DNA from: Chiloscyllium plagiosum
Lineage: Eukaryota
Assembly (NCBI RefSeq): GCF_004010195.1
Contig: NC_057751.1
Span: 8,560,060 to 8,607,064 of the forward strand
Reading direction: 5' to 3'
DNA length: 47,005 nucleotides
Both the position numbers and the translations under genes were made by a program. Each line of letters opens with the position of its first letter. The first letter of the stretch is position 1. This document shows, one piece after another, positions 23,243 through 35,935 of the stretch. The notes below the pieces were generated by a model, which ran no database searches, was not told the origin of the DNA, and saw only the letters and a program-made list of their open reading frames with translations.

Positions 23243-24429
23243 CAAGTGTGGGAAGCTAGGGAAGTGATTGCTGGGCCCCTTGCTGAGATATTTGTCTCAT
23301 TGATAATCACAGGTGAGGTGCCAGAAGACTGGAGGTTGGCTAATGTGGTGCCACTGTTTAAGAAGAGTGGTAAGGACAAGCCAGGGAACTATAGACCAGT
23401 GAGCCTGACGTCAGTGGTGGACAAGTTGTTGGAGGGAATCCTGAGGAATAGGATGTACATGTATTTGGAAAGGCAAGGACTGATTAGGGATAGTCAACAT
23501 GGCTTTGTCCGTGGGAAATCATGTCTCACAAACTTGATTGAGTTTTTTGAAGAAGTAACAAAGAGGATTGATGAGGGCAAAGCAGTAGATGTGATCTATA
23601 TGGACTTCAGTAAGGCATTTAACAAGGTTGCCATGGGAGACTGATTAGCAAGGTTAGATCTCATGGAATACAGGGAGAACTAGCCATTTGGATACAGAAC
23701 TGGCTCAAAGGTAGAAGAGAGAGGGTGGTGGTGGAGAGTTGCTTTTCAGACTGGAGGCCTGTGACCAGTGGAGTGCCACAAGGATCGGTGCTGGGCCCTC
23801 TACTTTTCGTCATTGAAAGAAAGATTTGGATGTGAACATAGGAGGTATAGTTAGTAAGTTTGCAGATGACACCAAAATTGGAGGTGAAATGGACAGTGAA
23901 GAAGGTTACCTCAGATTACAATGGGATTTTATTTAGATGGGCCAATGGGCTGAGAAGTGGCAGATGGAGTTTAATTTCGATAAATGTGAGGTGTTGTATT
24001 TAGGGAAAGCAAATCTTAGCAGGACTCATACACTTAATGGTAAGGTCCTAGGGAATTTGCTGAACAAAGAGACCTTGGAGTGCAGGTCCATAGCTCCTTG
24101 AAAGTGGAGTCACAGGTAGATAGGATAGTGAAGAAGGCGTTTGGAATGCTTTCCTTTATTGGTCAGAGTATTGAGTACAGGAGTTGGGAGGTCATGTTGC
24201 GGCTGTACAGGACATTGGTTAGGCCACTGTTGGAATGTTGCGTGCAATTCTGGTCTCCTTCCTATTGGAAGTTTGTTGTGAAACTTGCAAGAGTTCAGAA
24301 AAGATTTGCAAGGATGTTGCCAGGGTTGGAGGATTTTAGCTATCGGAAGAGGCTGAACAGGCTGGGGCTGTTTTCCCTGGAGCATTGGAGGTTGAGAGGT
24401 GACCTTATAGAGGTTTACAAAATCATGAA
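23243..24429 (+). mobile_element. CR1 LINE ORF2 RT fragment (disabled)
   Basis: VPEDWRLANVVPLFKK...GNYRPVSLTS...SQHGF...MDFSKAF, then [10 protein letters not shown] and FADDTK with frameshifts; truncated at both ends. Confidence 0.95.
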
Positions 24430-24559
24430 AATCTATGATCCATTGAATAGACCTTCCTCCAGAACAATCGCAGAACACAATCATGAAGTGGAAATCCCAT
24501 CTGATTGAACTTGATATTTGAGCAATGGAAGGAATCTGGACTAACACATTAGTTCACTC

Positions 24560-24685
24560 ACTACCTGATAAAGAAACAGTTCTCCAAAAGCATGTACTTT
24601 CAAATAAACCTTTTGGACTATAACCTGATGTCATGTGATTTTTAATTTTGTCCACCCCAGTCCAACACCAGCACCTCCACATCAT
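24560..24685 (+). mobile_element. Penelope-like pLTR (family 2), degenerate
   Basis: cctgataaagaaacagttctccaaaagc...ggactataacctga...gtccaacaccagcacctccacatca. Confidence 0.65.
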
Positions 24686-25929
24686 CAACAGTTCTGTGTA
24701 GACTTCAATTTCAGAATTGGGAGGGTGTACCATCTACTTGGCAATGTTCAAGGGACGACGTAAAACAAAATTTTTGTTGGAATCAGGTGAAGAAGCCCCT
24801 TGAATCAATCACATCAAACCCACCCTTTTTCCATTATATGATTCATAAACGAGTCCACTACTCTGATCTCAATACTACTTTCCACCCAATGTTCATCACT
24901 GATATTCAAACTATTATTGTTATCCTGAAATAGCTCAATTTAATGAACAAACAATTAGAAAGAAGGAGACACAGCTGTTGGCGTGATGCATGTTCCTCAG
25001 AACATGAAACAGATAATGATTTACAAGTTGTCATACTCAAACTGAAAGGAGGAAGTTCTTTTCAAATAACATTGAGCAGACTAAGTGCAATCAGAACTAA
25101 TTTTCTGTCAAGAAATCTAGAGATGTTTTTCAATGGAAATATGCAGTTTGGGATATTAAATCTAGGTCTACAATCAAAGCTCTGCTTGACATCTGGCACT
25201 CAGATATGCTGGAGTAAAACTTGTTTGGCAGACTGTTTATGTTCTGTCCTGATTATTTCCCATCAAATACAACAAAGAAAACTGTAAAAGCATAAGTTGT
25301 AGGTGTTTGCAGAAAATTTTCCATTCATTCCTCTGGCTTCAATTCAGGCATCAACTCCAAAAAAACGGAAGAACATCAGTAGAAAGAACAAGTTATACAT
25401 TTAAATCTGAACAGCAATGTGACGAGAGTACACTACAGATTTGACAAATGGAAAGTTTGGATCAAAGTCCCTACCTTGTCTTTGGGCGAATTGAAATGAA
25501 GGTGATGATGGGGACCATCATGTTGAGGAGAGATGCAGCTCAAGGGTTGCATGCTGAATATGTCCATTATATGTCCATGAATTGGCGTTTGCAAAGAGAT
25601 GGTCCTCACAGTCAATAACTGTAAATGCATAAAAAATAACAGGAAGTAACTAAAGCAGCTTTACCAAGTGAAAGACAGCATTATCATCAATTTCTGGGAT
25701 GCAGATAAAGGAGGACCAACGTTTTCTCATGTAAGAAACACAGAGCTTTTTGAATTGAATACAGCTTATCTTTAACTTGAAACATGGTGTTGTATATTTA
25801 CCTTGCTTTAAGGACTCTGTGTGCTATGCATGCTCAGTGTTGCAACTCTGCCTGACAATTAGTCTGCTGTTGGTTTACAAGCTGCATCTACAAGCAGACA
25901 CACGCACTTTGTCAGGAAGAACAGAGGAG

Positions 25930-26550
25930 ATGAATATTATTTAAATTGAGAAATCTGCAGAAAGCTGCAGTGCAGAAGAATTTGGGAATCTTCATACATA
26001 CCTCATGAGTTTACCCTAGTGCTGAGGTAATTGGGAAGGAAAATGGAATGTTGGCCTCACTTTTAAGGAATGAAGTCTAAAAATATGGAGGTCTTACAGG
26101 AATGACAGAAGGCATTAGTCAGACCACAGCGAGAATACTGTTAACAATTCTGAGCCTCCCGTTTAAGCAAAGATCATTGTGAAGGGTCACTGGACCCGAA
26201 ACATCAACTCTGATTTCTCTCCACAGATGCCGCCAGACCTGAGCTTTTCCAGCGATTTTTGTCTCTGTTTTGACTAGCATTGCAGTCACTCAAGAAAATG
26301 TTCAAGAGGTTGATACCAGATATGGAGGGATATACTTAAGAGGACAGGATGTGTAGCTATTGCTTCCAAATCAGAGTTCAGAAGAATGAGAGGTGATCTT
26401 CTTGAAACATGAAAAATTCTTTGGGGGCTTGACAGGGGAGGTATGGAGAGATTGTTTCCCCTTGTGGGAAGCTGGAGGACCCGATGTATAACCTCAGAGT
26501 AAGGGGTCACCCATTTAGCAATGAGATAAGGAGGAATCTTTTTTCTCTCA
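25930..26550 (+). mobile_element. Degenerate CR1 ORF2 C-terminal fragment with nested Penelope pLTR piece (~26178-26285)
   Basis: attagtcagaccacagcgagaatactg (~LVRPHLEYC), agaagaatgagaggtgatctt (RRMRGDL); insert gaagggtcactggacccgaaac. Confidence 0.75.
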
Positions 26551-26947
26551 CATCTACTGCTTCCCAATTTGCAAGAATCAGCTATCGGTGGATAAACCCA
26601 CTTCAACGTTGAGTTTGGGCCTGCTCAACTCCAAACTATGCTGCTATTACCTCCAAACCCAACTAGATCAAGGCTCAAAGAAAAGGAAAACAAAAATTTG
26701 ATGTGTTGCAGGTTGGCTTCTATAAGCTTGCAGCTGCCTGTATCCTAACTCACACCAAGGGTTGAATTCAATCCAGATAATAGGGGTCTCACCTGCTGAA
26801 TGGAGAGCACCATGTAGACCATTGCAGCAATGGGCTGCTTGAAGGCTGTTTTTTATGACCTCCCTCAGAAACACTGTTCTGGAACGGTTCAACCCAGGCT
26901 CACACGAATCTTTATGGGAGTTACTGAACAAGATCATGTTTCAGCTC

Positions 26948-27436
26948 CGATTTGGAGATACCGGTGTTGGACTGAAATATACAAAGTTAAAAATCACACA
27001 ACACTTCCAGAATTACATTTTACTTTGCTCAAAAACTGCATGAATCCATGTAAGATTCTGTAAATCCATTATTTAGATTAGAATCAGTCTGACCATTGTG
27101 GCACAGATACTCTCACTTTCAATGCACTATCTGGGCCAACATGACACAGATTGTTAAAGTTCACTTGTGAATGTAACTTTTAAAAAAACGTTTTACGATT
27201 TACATATGAAAGAACTGAAACCAATATGGTCATTCTAAAAGATGAGAGACGTAACAAACAATCCAGATTTTTTTCAATATATAATTTCAGTTACATCACA
27301 CTGTAAACTTTTGCTATAAATTCTGTGCCTTACAATCTTAATCTCCACAACCACCTGATGAATGAGCAGCGCTCAGAAAGCTAGTGCTTCCAAATGAACC
27401 TGTTGAACTATAACCTGGTGTTTTGTGATTTTTAAC
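26948..27436 (+). mobile_element. Penelope-like element (family 2) with inverted 5' pLTR piece and TSD
   Basis: Flanked by catgttt(c/t)agctc at 26935-26947 and 27437-27449; gttaaaaatcaca...tgtgatttttaac inverted ends; hammerhead core at 27355-27383. Confidence 0.75.
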
Positions 27437-27749
27437 CATGTTTTAGCTCAGCATTTAGCCCTGCGATGTTCCAAAGTCACAGCTTACCTGTGCTGCCAAA
27501 TGTTAACAGTAGTACACCAGAAACTTGACAAAGCAACTTCAAAACATGCAGTTGTTTTGAAGCTGTGAATAGAGTGATTCATAAGCCTGCAAACTCAAAG
27601 GATAAAAAAAAACACAAACATAGAACTCGTGAGAAAATGTCTATTTCTGGAAAAGGTCTCTGCAGTGCAACTGTTCAAGCACTAGATGGAGCTGATACAA
27701 CAGGGAACCTGTCAGCCTGTTTTCCTTTTCAAGCATATTGCCATTTATG

Positions 27750-27919
27750 AGAAAGTGAGGACTGCAGATGCTGGGGATCAGAGCTTAAAAATGTGTTGCT
27801 GGAAAAGCGCAGCAGGTCAGGCAGCATCAAAGGATAAGGAGGGCTTATGCCCGAAACGTCGATTCTCCTTCTCCTTTGATGCTGCCTGACCTGCTGCGCT
27901 TTTCCAGCAACACATTTTT
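27750..27919. mobile_element. Fold-back Penelope pLTR insertion with 19-bp TSD
   Basis: aagcatattgccatttatg at 27731-27749 and 27920-27938; perfect 52-bp inverted arms 27783-27834 and 27872-27923. Confidence 0.85.
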
Positions 27920-29229
27920 AAGCATATTGCCATTTATGGCATTTTCAGAATCATCAGGGTTATGGAATGGTTCCAGCACAGAATACAATTGTTTGCCCCT
28001 ACGGGCCCTCTGCAAGGTCAATGTAACTGGCACCATTTACATGCCTTCTCCCCAGAGTCCTGCAAAATTCTCCACCTCCTGTCAAAATGGCTGTGCATTT
28101 ACTTCACAACGCAAAGTCCCTCATGATTTTGAGAAGTTTCATCCACTTTTACCTTCACTTCCCACTTAAGGAGAATGCTAAGTGGGAAGCACTGGCAAGG
28201 CTCCTCTTGAAGTGACTTGAAGATATTAGGAGCCTACTATCCAGTGAGGAACAAGAGTTAACTAGAGACCAAGTTCATTCAAGATGGCAAGCTTGTTTAC
28301 ATTTTTACAAGGCGTGGGGCGGAATTTAATGAAATGCAAAACATTAAAATCAGTGCGGTCACTTTCAGGAAATGGTGGCCTGAAAACAATTTCCAAAAAG
28401 TAGGAAGGCCAAACTTCAGGAACTCAATTGCTTAATGAGATTGCAACAGTAACAAGGATTTTATGAATGATCATCAAACAGAACTGCACATCCTGGGGTT
28501 GATCTAAAGACAACTGCAGGCCAGCCAAAACCTGTCGAGAGTTTGATATTCTTCAACTGCTTAAGGGTCACGAATCTTGATTTTAAAAAAATGTTACTAT
28601 TTTCATTTGCACAGGCTCTACAACGCTACAAGCATTTCCAGAACCTTGACATTTCTGTTCTTTGCAAACAAGGGTTAAGTTTTAGAGGTTGTCATGTCCA
28701 CCAGAGGGAGTGAGACAACTTTGGCCATTTCCGTGGTTCCAAACATCCCAGCTCAGGAACCAATCTTCATAGAAAGGAATAAATCAGGGACCAGGTAACA
28801 CTAATTTGGTCAGGAGACCAAGCAGCACATGATTTTTGTCTAAAACTTTGATATTAACAAGAACCCAAGTGGCCAGACACCCACCCCCAAACAAAAACTC
28901 AAAATGTGAATTCCAATATATAAGGTGATGCCAATATGCTTCATTCATAGTATAATGCAAAGTTTTATCACATTCAGTATAACAAGTGCCTCAGCTTCTC
29001 TACCAAAGACAGACTGACAAAAACCGCAATCTTTACAAATAGGTTGTTGAACATATGTCAAGGAAGGATAGCACTCAAAAATGCAGCTTCTGCTGCATAT
29101 CAGTTCCTGTGCATTTAGCACAATTAAGGCAATTAATTAGCAATTGATTACGAAGTCGCTCCTCCCAGAATGCTTTTTCCAATCATAACACATGACGTTT
29201 CGTTTTTGACTCATTTTTTTTAAACTGAG

Positions 29230-29520
29230 TTTGTTCACAGGATATGGACAACATTGGCTGAGGTAGCAGTTGTTGCCAATCTCCAGTTGCCCCGAGAAGG
29301 TGGTAATAGTGAGCTGCCATTTTGAACCACTGCAATCCTCGTGATCCATGTAGTCACACATACCCATGAGGGAGGGCATTCCAGGATTTTGACCGAGCGA
29401 CAGTGAAATAACAGATACATTTCCAAGTCAGAATGGTGAGTGGCTTGGAGCGATACTTGGAGGTGATAGTATTCCCATGTATCCACTGCCCTTGTCCTTC
29501 CAGATGTGGCACAAACTGAG
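29230..29520 (-). mobile_element. CR1-group family B 3' UTR
   Basis: Reverse complement of 7770-8085 (atttccaagtcagaatggtgagtggcttggag). Confidence 0.75.
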
Positions 29521-29949
29521 CAAAGAAGTGAATCAAATAAAGAGAGAACACCCAATGTCGTGCTTTTCAAAATGTCATTATTATTTCAATGCATAGCAGC
29601 CAAGACACTATGCCACTTGACCATGAATATCTAACAATAGGAAACCGGGTCTGTTTATTTCACTCCATTCTACCTTTCAGCTAAGTTAATGTAGACTTCT
29701 CTCAATGCTTCTTTTATGGCCTCACCTCTCCCAGTATTTCAGACCAGAACCTGCCATGACTTTTTAATATGAAGACATACCTCCACTGAGCCAAGTACAC
29801 CTCATGCATCTGCAAAATGAACTCCAAGTTACATTTTGTTCACTTTACAAAAAGTTAAGACACCAACTATGGAAATGCCTGTTTGTACAATTAGGAATAT
29901 AGATAACAAAAGTACAAGTATTGCTGTTCAACTCTCCTTGAATTGACTT

Positions 29950-30540
29950 CTATAGTACTCCATAATTGCAATTTTTGATGTGATGTCTTCAGTTTTGGCA
30001 AGTCTTTATTCATTCATGAACAAATGACAGTTTAATTCTTTGGAGTCCAATTTAGATTTGGGGGAAGTAATTACGTGAAACCTTCAGCTCTCAGATTCTC
30101 AGACAGTTGAAGCCAATTGCTTTGAAGGCTTCCATTTCAGAATAAAGCATCTATTGAAGACTGAAGATTAAATTGTGATTAAAGCATTTTATTATAAATG
30201 CTGCAGTTTAATTATGCAACTCAGGATCAAAACCTTGTCTTATCAAGTTTGCCCTTGGAAAAAATCCACCAAACAGAGGCCTTCCTATTGTCTGATGTTC
30301 AATTGTTTAGTTTCAGAGAGGGTTGGAAGAGAATTTTGAGAGTTATCTCAGAACGAGCAAATTATTCTTCAGCAAGCCAAAGAACACAGTTAATGCCAAG
30401 CCTCTTTTGGCAGAGTTGAAAGGTTTGCAGCTTTCATGCATATAAACCTGTAGCTCAGAGCACAAACATTAAAATGTTCTCAGAGTTCAACTGGTCTTGC
30501 TGAAGACAAGATTCCTCAGAGACTTGTCACATGAACAGTT
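29950..30540 (-). pseudogene. Possible very ancient L2-type RT fossil
   Basis: Weak minus-strand resemblance to YADDTQLY, NxLxLN and LGVxFDxxL motifs, in order. Confidence 0.3.
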
Positions 30541-30624
30541 TGTATTTCAACATGTATTTCAATATGTTGAAATGGTATTTTAGCTCATGCACTTGCTGCA
30601 GTTTCTTTTGCAACTGTAAGGGTA

Positions 30625-30830
30625 AGGTCTTCAGAGTTTACCAGACCACAGGGACTCCTCTCTCATTCAGAGGAAGACAACTGGTGGCGGTTTAACCCGA
30701 GGAACACCATGCCTCAGGCGAGGGGCAAAGTTAAGAAGTAGAGACACCGAACGTAACCTGAGCCAGTGTCAGTAGCAAACCCACATCTTTAGCATTACTC
30801 TGCAAACCTCCTGCCCAGTCCCCTGAGCTA
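30625..30830 (-). mobile_element. Degenerate tRNA-derived SINE (family not identified)
   Basis: Minus strand starts tagctcag (box A-like) and contains ctcgcctgaggcatggtg...ggttaaaccgccaccag. Confidence 0.45.
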
Positions 30831-31543
30831 ATGTGCATGTACATTGTGGATACTGTGGAACAGTGCTCGTTCTAGTTACTGAATATCATGGCCTAAATCT
30901 AAAAATAATTAAGCTTCCAGTTAACTTTTCTCAGACTACACGATCATAAAATGGAGCAACTTTCTATTGAATTATACTGTCAAAGTTGTTACCAAATTAT
31001 TTTGTCATGTGATAAAACCTAATCCAATAATTGCCATAATTTCAGTGACTATAATAAGCTACTGTTAGAAATACTGTAGTCCTGAGCAGTTCCCACAACT
31101 TCTTCATTTTTCCAATGTCTGTCAAAACAATAGCTTGCTATTTAAATGTAATTTTTTTTTGCTGAGAGTCAGGGGTATGGCAAGCTAACTGTCTTGGGTG
31201 CAAGATCAGGTAAAGGTTTTCCCTGCTCACTATGAAGTAACAGACATAGTTGTCCCCAAAGACAGAGTAGCATGATCAAAGACCAAAGAACTAACTGATA
31301 ACTAATATCAGGCAAGTGGCTGAAACTCCTCCAAGAGTTGCCCACTTCACCCTTTTAGCTAAACTATCCAATACAACTACCACCAACAGTCATTGACACA
31401 AACAGCATGGAAGCATTCCTCACAAAGATGTGAAGCAATAGTCTGATGTTAGAGGAAGGGTGGAGTGGGAGGAGGCCCACTTGTGCATCAATGCTGGCAT
31501 AAATCTCATGCACTATATACATTGGTTCTCAATATTTCAACCT

Positions 31544-32490
31544 TGTAACCCCACTTGTTAAGGGAAAACATTACACTAGACTAGTCAGATCGCGAACAAG
31601 AACCTGGCTGAAAAGGTTTCGGTTTTGTTACCGAAATGAAGTTTCAAAACAAAACACCGTACTGCAGTCTTCGTTTCAACAATAATACAAGTCAAACGTT
31701 TATGAACAAAAATGTCGGTAAGGAAAAAAAAAATCATTCTATTCTCTTGTAACATAGATGCAAAGGTTTTTAAACACACTGGAGAAATAATTCACATAAT
31801 CTTACCAGATCGAACTAAAACAACAGCTGGGTACTAGAATCAGTCCATCACAGTAGAGCTTACAAACATTGATGCAGTTTGAAGAACATCTCGCGCTGTA
31901 TCTCTGAAAAGACACAGCCCAGCTCATTTTCAAGGGAAAAACTTTGGTAGGCTGGAAATAATTTTGACTCATCTGCTGGAACCACAGATAATTCCCTCGC
32001 GTCATAATTAGGCACCCAATTCAGCTTCAATCCCAGACACTCCATTTCTTTAAACTCCATTTAAACTCCATTTCTTTTTGTTAAAACTTCACTTCTTTTC
32101 CAGTGACTATATCCCAATACTCTAGTCTGAGTCAAAAAATAACATTTTCTCCTCAAATAATTTCATTCCTTTAAACTCTTATTCTTTGGAGCTCTGTTGA
32201 GCAGGTTACTGCACTTAAATATGGCACAGAAATTCAGAGCTTGATATATGCTTCTCTCTCAAACAACTTCCGAGCACAGACTCAAATTATTAGAAGTTGG
32301 AATATGAAAAGTTCTTCCCCAAGCCCTCTGGGTATGTCTCTAAGAATTCTGGATAACTTCCTCTTCATTAGAATTACAAGATTGTGTTTTATAAAAACAA
32401 ATTGTTGACTCCAAAAAAAAAGACAAACTGAAATGTTGAACTTGAAACTCCAAGAATCCAATTATATCATGATTTAATATCCTGCAACTA
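31544..32490 (-). mobile_element. Possible solo LTR-like element
   Basis: TGTAAC start and composition like the other LTRs; no convincing TSD, so the right boundary is uncertain. Confidence 0.3.
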
Positions 32491-32679
32491 ATTTATCAGG
32501 TGAAATACTTACAAGATGCTTTGACATGTTGGTGTGTGCTAATATTGATTAGTATTTTATCAAATAGCTTTACTGATTTTTCTTATTTCTTCACAGAATG
32601 TGGGAGACACTCCAACGTGAATGCTGAACGTCCATGTGCTGCACAAAGATCTACAAAGCTGTTTGGGAGCAGGTTTCAG

Positions 32680-33785
32680 GATTTTGACCCAGTGATAATG
32701 AAGGGGACAGCGATATATTTCCAAGTGTGGAGATTGGAGGGTATCTTATAGGTGGTGGTGCTCTCATGTATCAGCTGCCTTCGTTCTTCTAGATAGCAGT
32801 CATGTGTTTGGAAGGTGCTATTGAAGGAGTCTCAGTAAATTTCTGCAGTCCATCTTTTAGATGCTAAGTACTGCTGCTACTGTGCATTATTGGTGGATAT
32901 AGTACGAGGAGAAAGTGAGGACTGCAGATGCTGGAGATCAGAGCTGAAAATGTGTTGCTGAAAAAGCGCAACAGGTCAGGCAGCATCCAAAGAACAGGAG
33001 AATCGACGTTTCGGGCATAAGCCCTTCTTCAGGAATGAGGAAAGTGTGTCCAGCAGGTAGGGAGGAGGGACTTGGGGGAGTGGCGTTGGAAATGCGATAG
33101 GTGGAAGGAGGTCAAGGTGAGGGTGATAGGCCGGAGTAGGTCCTTGGTGGAGTGGGAGGGGGAGTTGAAGTGTTGAGCCACGGGGTGGTTGGGTTGGTTG
33201 GTCCGGGTGTCCCAGAGGTGTTCTCTGAACCGTTCCGCAAGTAGGCGGCCTGTCTCCCCAATATAGAGGAGGCCACATCAGGTGCAGCGGATGCAATAGA
33301 TGATGTGTATGGAGGTGCAGGTGAATTTCTGGCGGATATGGAAGGATCCCTTGGGACCTTGGAGGGAAGTCATACAAGTCAGGTGTGCTGCTTTGTCATG
33401 GATATTGTCAAGTTTCTGGAGTATTGTTGGAACTGCACTCATCCAAGCATATGGGAAGTATTCCGTCGCACTCCTGACTTGTGCCTACTCAATGGTGGAC
33501 AGGTTTTGGGGAGTCAAGAGGTGAGTTACTTGCTGCAGTTTTCGCATCCTCTGGCCCACTCTAACCTCATTCATTTCAGTTTCTGATCTAAGATAACCCC
33601 AAGGATGTTGGCAGTGGGGGATTCAGAGATGGTAACACTGTTGAATGTCAAGGGGTGGCTGTTAGATTGTCTCTTGTTGGATATGATTGTTGCTGATCAT
33701 TGGCATGGTGGAAATGTTACAAACCACTAATTAGTCCAAGCCTGGATATTGTCCCAGATCTTGACATGTTTGAACATGGACTGAA
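32680..33785 (-). mobile_element. CR1-group family B fragment (host of the Penelope insertion)
   Basis: 33372-33785 is the reverse complement of ~5400-5810 (gaatgtcaaggggtg, ggatattgtcccag); 32680-32900 is its 3' UTR. Confidence 0.8.
32908..33370 (-). mobile_element. Penelope-like element: GIY-YIG endonuclease fragment plus pLTR with hammerhead (33005-33032)
   Basis: Minus frame FTCTSIHIIYCIRCT*CGLLYIGETGRLLAERFREHL...PVAQHFNSPSH; CTGAAGAAGGGCTTATGCCCGAAACGTC intact. Confidence 0.9.
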
Positions 33786-33934
33786 CAAACTCAAACCATT
33801 AGGAACTTATATTTTGCTTTTTCTCTGACTATGACTTTTTCTTGTCACATACCTCATGAAATACTCTGAAGGAAAACATGAGGAGCTTTGCTGCCCAGAA
33901 TGTCCTCTTGCAGCTGTTCAGGCCATAAGGCCAC

Positions 33935-34478
33935 AAGTCATAGGAGCAGCAGTTAGGCCATTCAGCCCATCGAGTATGCTCAGCCATTCAATAGTAGTTG
34001 ATAAGTTTCACAACCCCCTTCTCCCAGTTTTTCACTGTAACCCTTGATCCCCTTTATACTCAAGAACCTATCCATCTCAGTCTTAAATATACTCAATGGC
34101 CTGGCCCCCACAGCCTTCTGAATTCCATAGATTCACCACTCTCTGGCTGAAGAAGTTTCTCCTTATCTCTGTTCTAAAAGGTCTTCACTTTTATCGAAGC
34201 CTATGCCATCGGGTCCCAGTCTCTCCTACCAGCGGAAAAATCTTCTCAACATCCACTCTGTCCAGGCCATTCAGTCTTCTGAATAATCTCCCATCATCCT
34301 TCTAAACTCCATTGAATGTAAACCCAGAGTCCTCAAACATTCCTCATATGTTAAGCTTTTCATTGCTGGAACCATTCTCATGAATCTCCTCTGAACATGC
34401 TCCAGGGTCAGTACATTCTTCCTGAGATATGGGGCCCAAAACTGCACACAATACTCCAAATGGGATTTTACCAGAGCC
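33935..34478 (-). mobile_element. CR1 LINE 3' end
   Basis: ALVKSHLEYCVQFWAPYLRK...EHVQRRFMRMVP...RRMMGD; tail cctaactgctgctcctatgac. Confidence 0.9.
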
Positions 34479-35339
34479 TGTGAATTTGCCTGTGCCTCTG
34501 GATTCATCACCCAGCAACTTGACCAAACCACCACCTCGAACATGGGGGGAATGTACGAACTCCACAGTGACATTCACCCAAGGCTGGAATTGAACTCAGG
34601 TCCCAAACCAACCACCCCAATCTCGTTCAGAGGGCAGCCTGATGGTTAACAGTTGACGAAGGCCATTCACTCCATCATGAGTCCCAGCTGGGACAGCAGC
34701 CAAACAAATGACCTGAGTAACCCTGAGTGGCAGGGAAATGTAAAGAGCCTGATTCCCAGACTGTGACCACTATCCAATTAACAATGGGAAAAAAAGCCCA
34801 GGTAATCGGGTTCAGGAATCAGTTTGAACCGAGAGAAAAAAAACTCAGCACACCTAGAACTGATGTGCTTGAAGTTAAAAACTGGACCCACGGTTTCTAC
34901 AAACGATGTTCATTCGGCAAGCAATAAAGTTTGCGAGACTGCAGAAGCAGTAATAGATAGTTATGGGAGAATATAAACAAACCTCAGATTGTGAGGAGCG
35001 ATGGTACACAGATGGCTTTTACCTGGAGCTAATTCAAGTTCATCAGTGTTTCCATCATAACTGTGCAATGATGCCATCAATTGGCTGAATCAAAGGTTAC
35101 ACCTCAAGCTGACTGAACGTAAACGAGAAAGGGATTTTTTTTTAAGAAGACAACACAGAAAATAACGTGTCGCATTCAAAAAGGTAGCTCTCTCCATTGG
35201 AACCATTGCAGGGCCAAGATGGAGTGAAGGCTTGACAGGGGTGTGTGTAAAAACTGGGAACAGGAATCAGCAGTTCAACCATTCAAACCTGCTCTGCTAT
35301 CTCACACAATCATAACTGGAAATAACAACGCAAGTAAGG

Positions 35340-35935
35340 GTGAGCTGGTTAATAGTACTGTGGCATTCTTCATCCTCATCAATTTTCCTCCCAGAGTGAG
35401 CCAATAGATAAGGCAATTTGTCTGCCTTTAGTCCCGTTTATTTATCAAATGCTTTGTCCCTAGTCATTAAAGACAGTTACATGATCTTTCCTCCCATTTG
35501 CACCTTGCTTTCCCAAAGCGCTTGCTGTGTGTTTTCATTTTCCTTGCCAATTTACAATCATAACCAATTTTCTCCCATATTAATTGCTTCATAGTCTTCC
35601 AGTGCTGAATTGTTAAACATTGCTCACCCTTTGGTCTATCACCATTTTCAGTCCTTTCTGATGCCTTATGTTTTGATTGGATACTCTCCTTTACAAATTT
35701 TGTTCACCACAACAGTTTATCCTCCGTGAGGCTTATTGTTAACCACAGCAACTTTTTGTTCAGCTTCAATACTTGCCTAATGACCCCTTCCCCTTGGTCT
35801 ATTTTCCCATTCTGCTCTCAATGTCTCTTTCTTCTTATCTCTGTAATTGCCCAGTTGACTGAATAACATTGGTTTGAGACCCAGGTTGAGCTCCCTCAGA
35901 CTGAATTTGAAATTGGACCACATTGTGATCAATAC
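35340..35935 (-). mobile_element. Degenerate CR1 ORF2 fragment (APE C-terminus/linker)
   Basis: Minus strand gatcacaatgtggtccaatttcaaattcag (DHNVVQFQIQ, ~SDH motif) followed by typical linker sequence. Confidence 0.55.

Noticed and set aside
22050..24429. Opposed CR1 pieces suggesting a twin-priming inversion
   Set aside because: They overlap in element coordinates and are separated by ~700 bp of other sequence; independent insertions.
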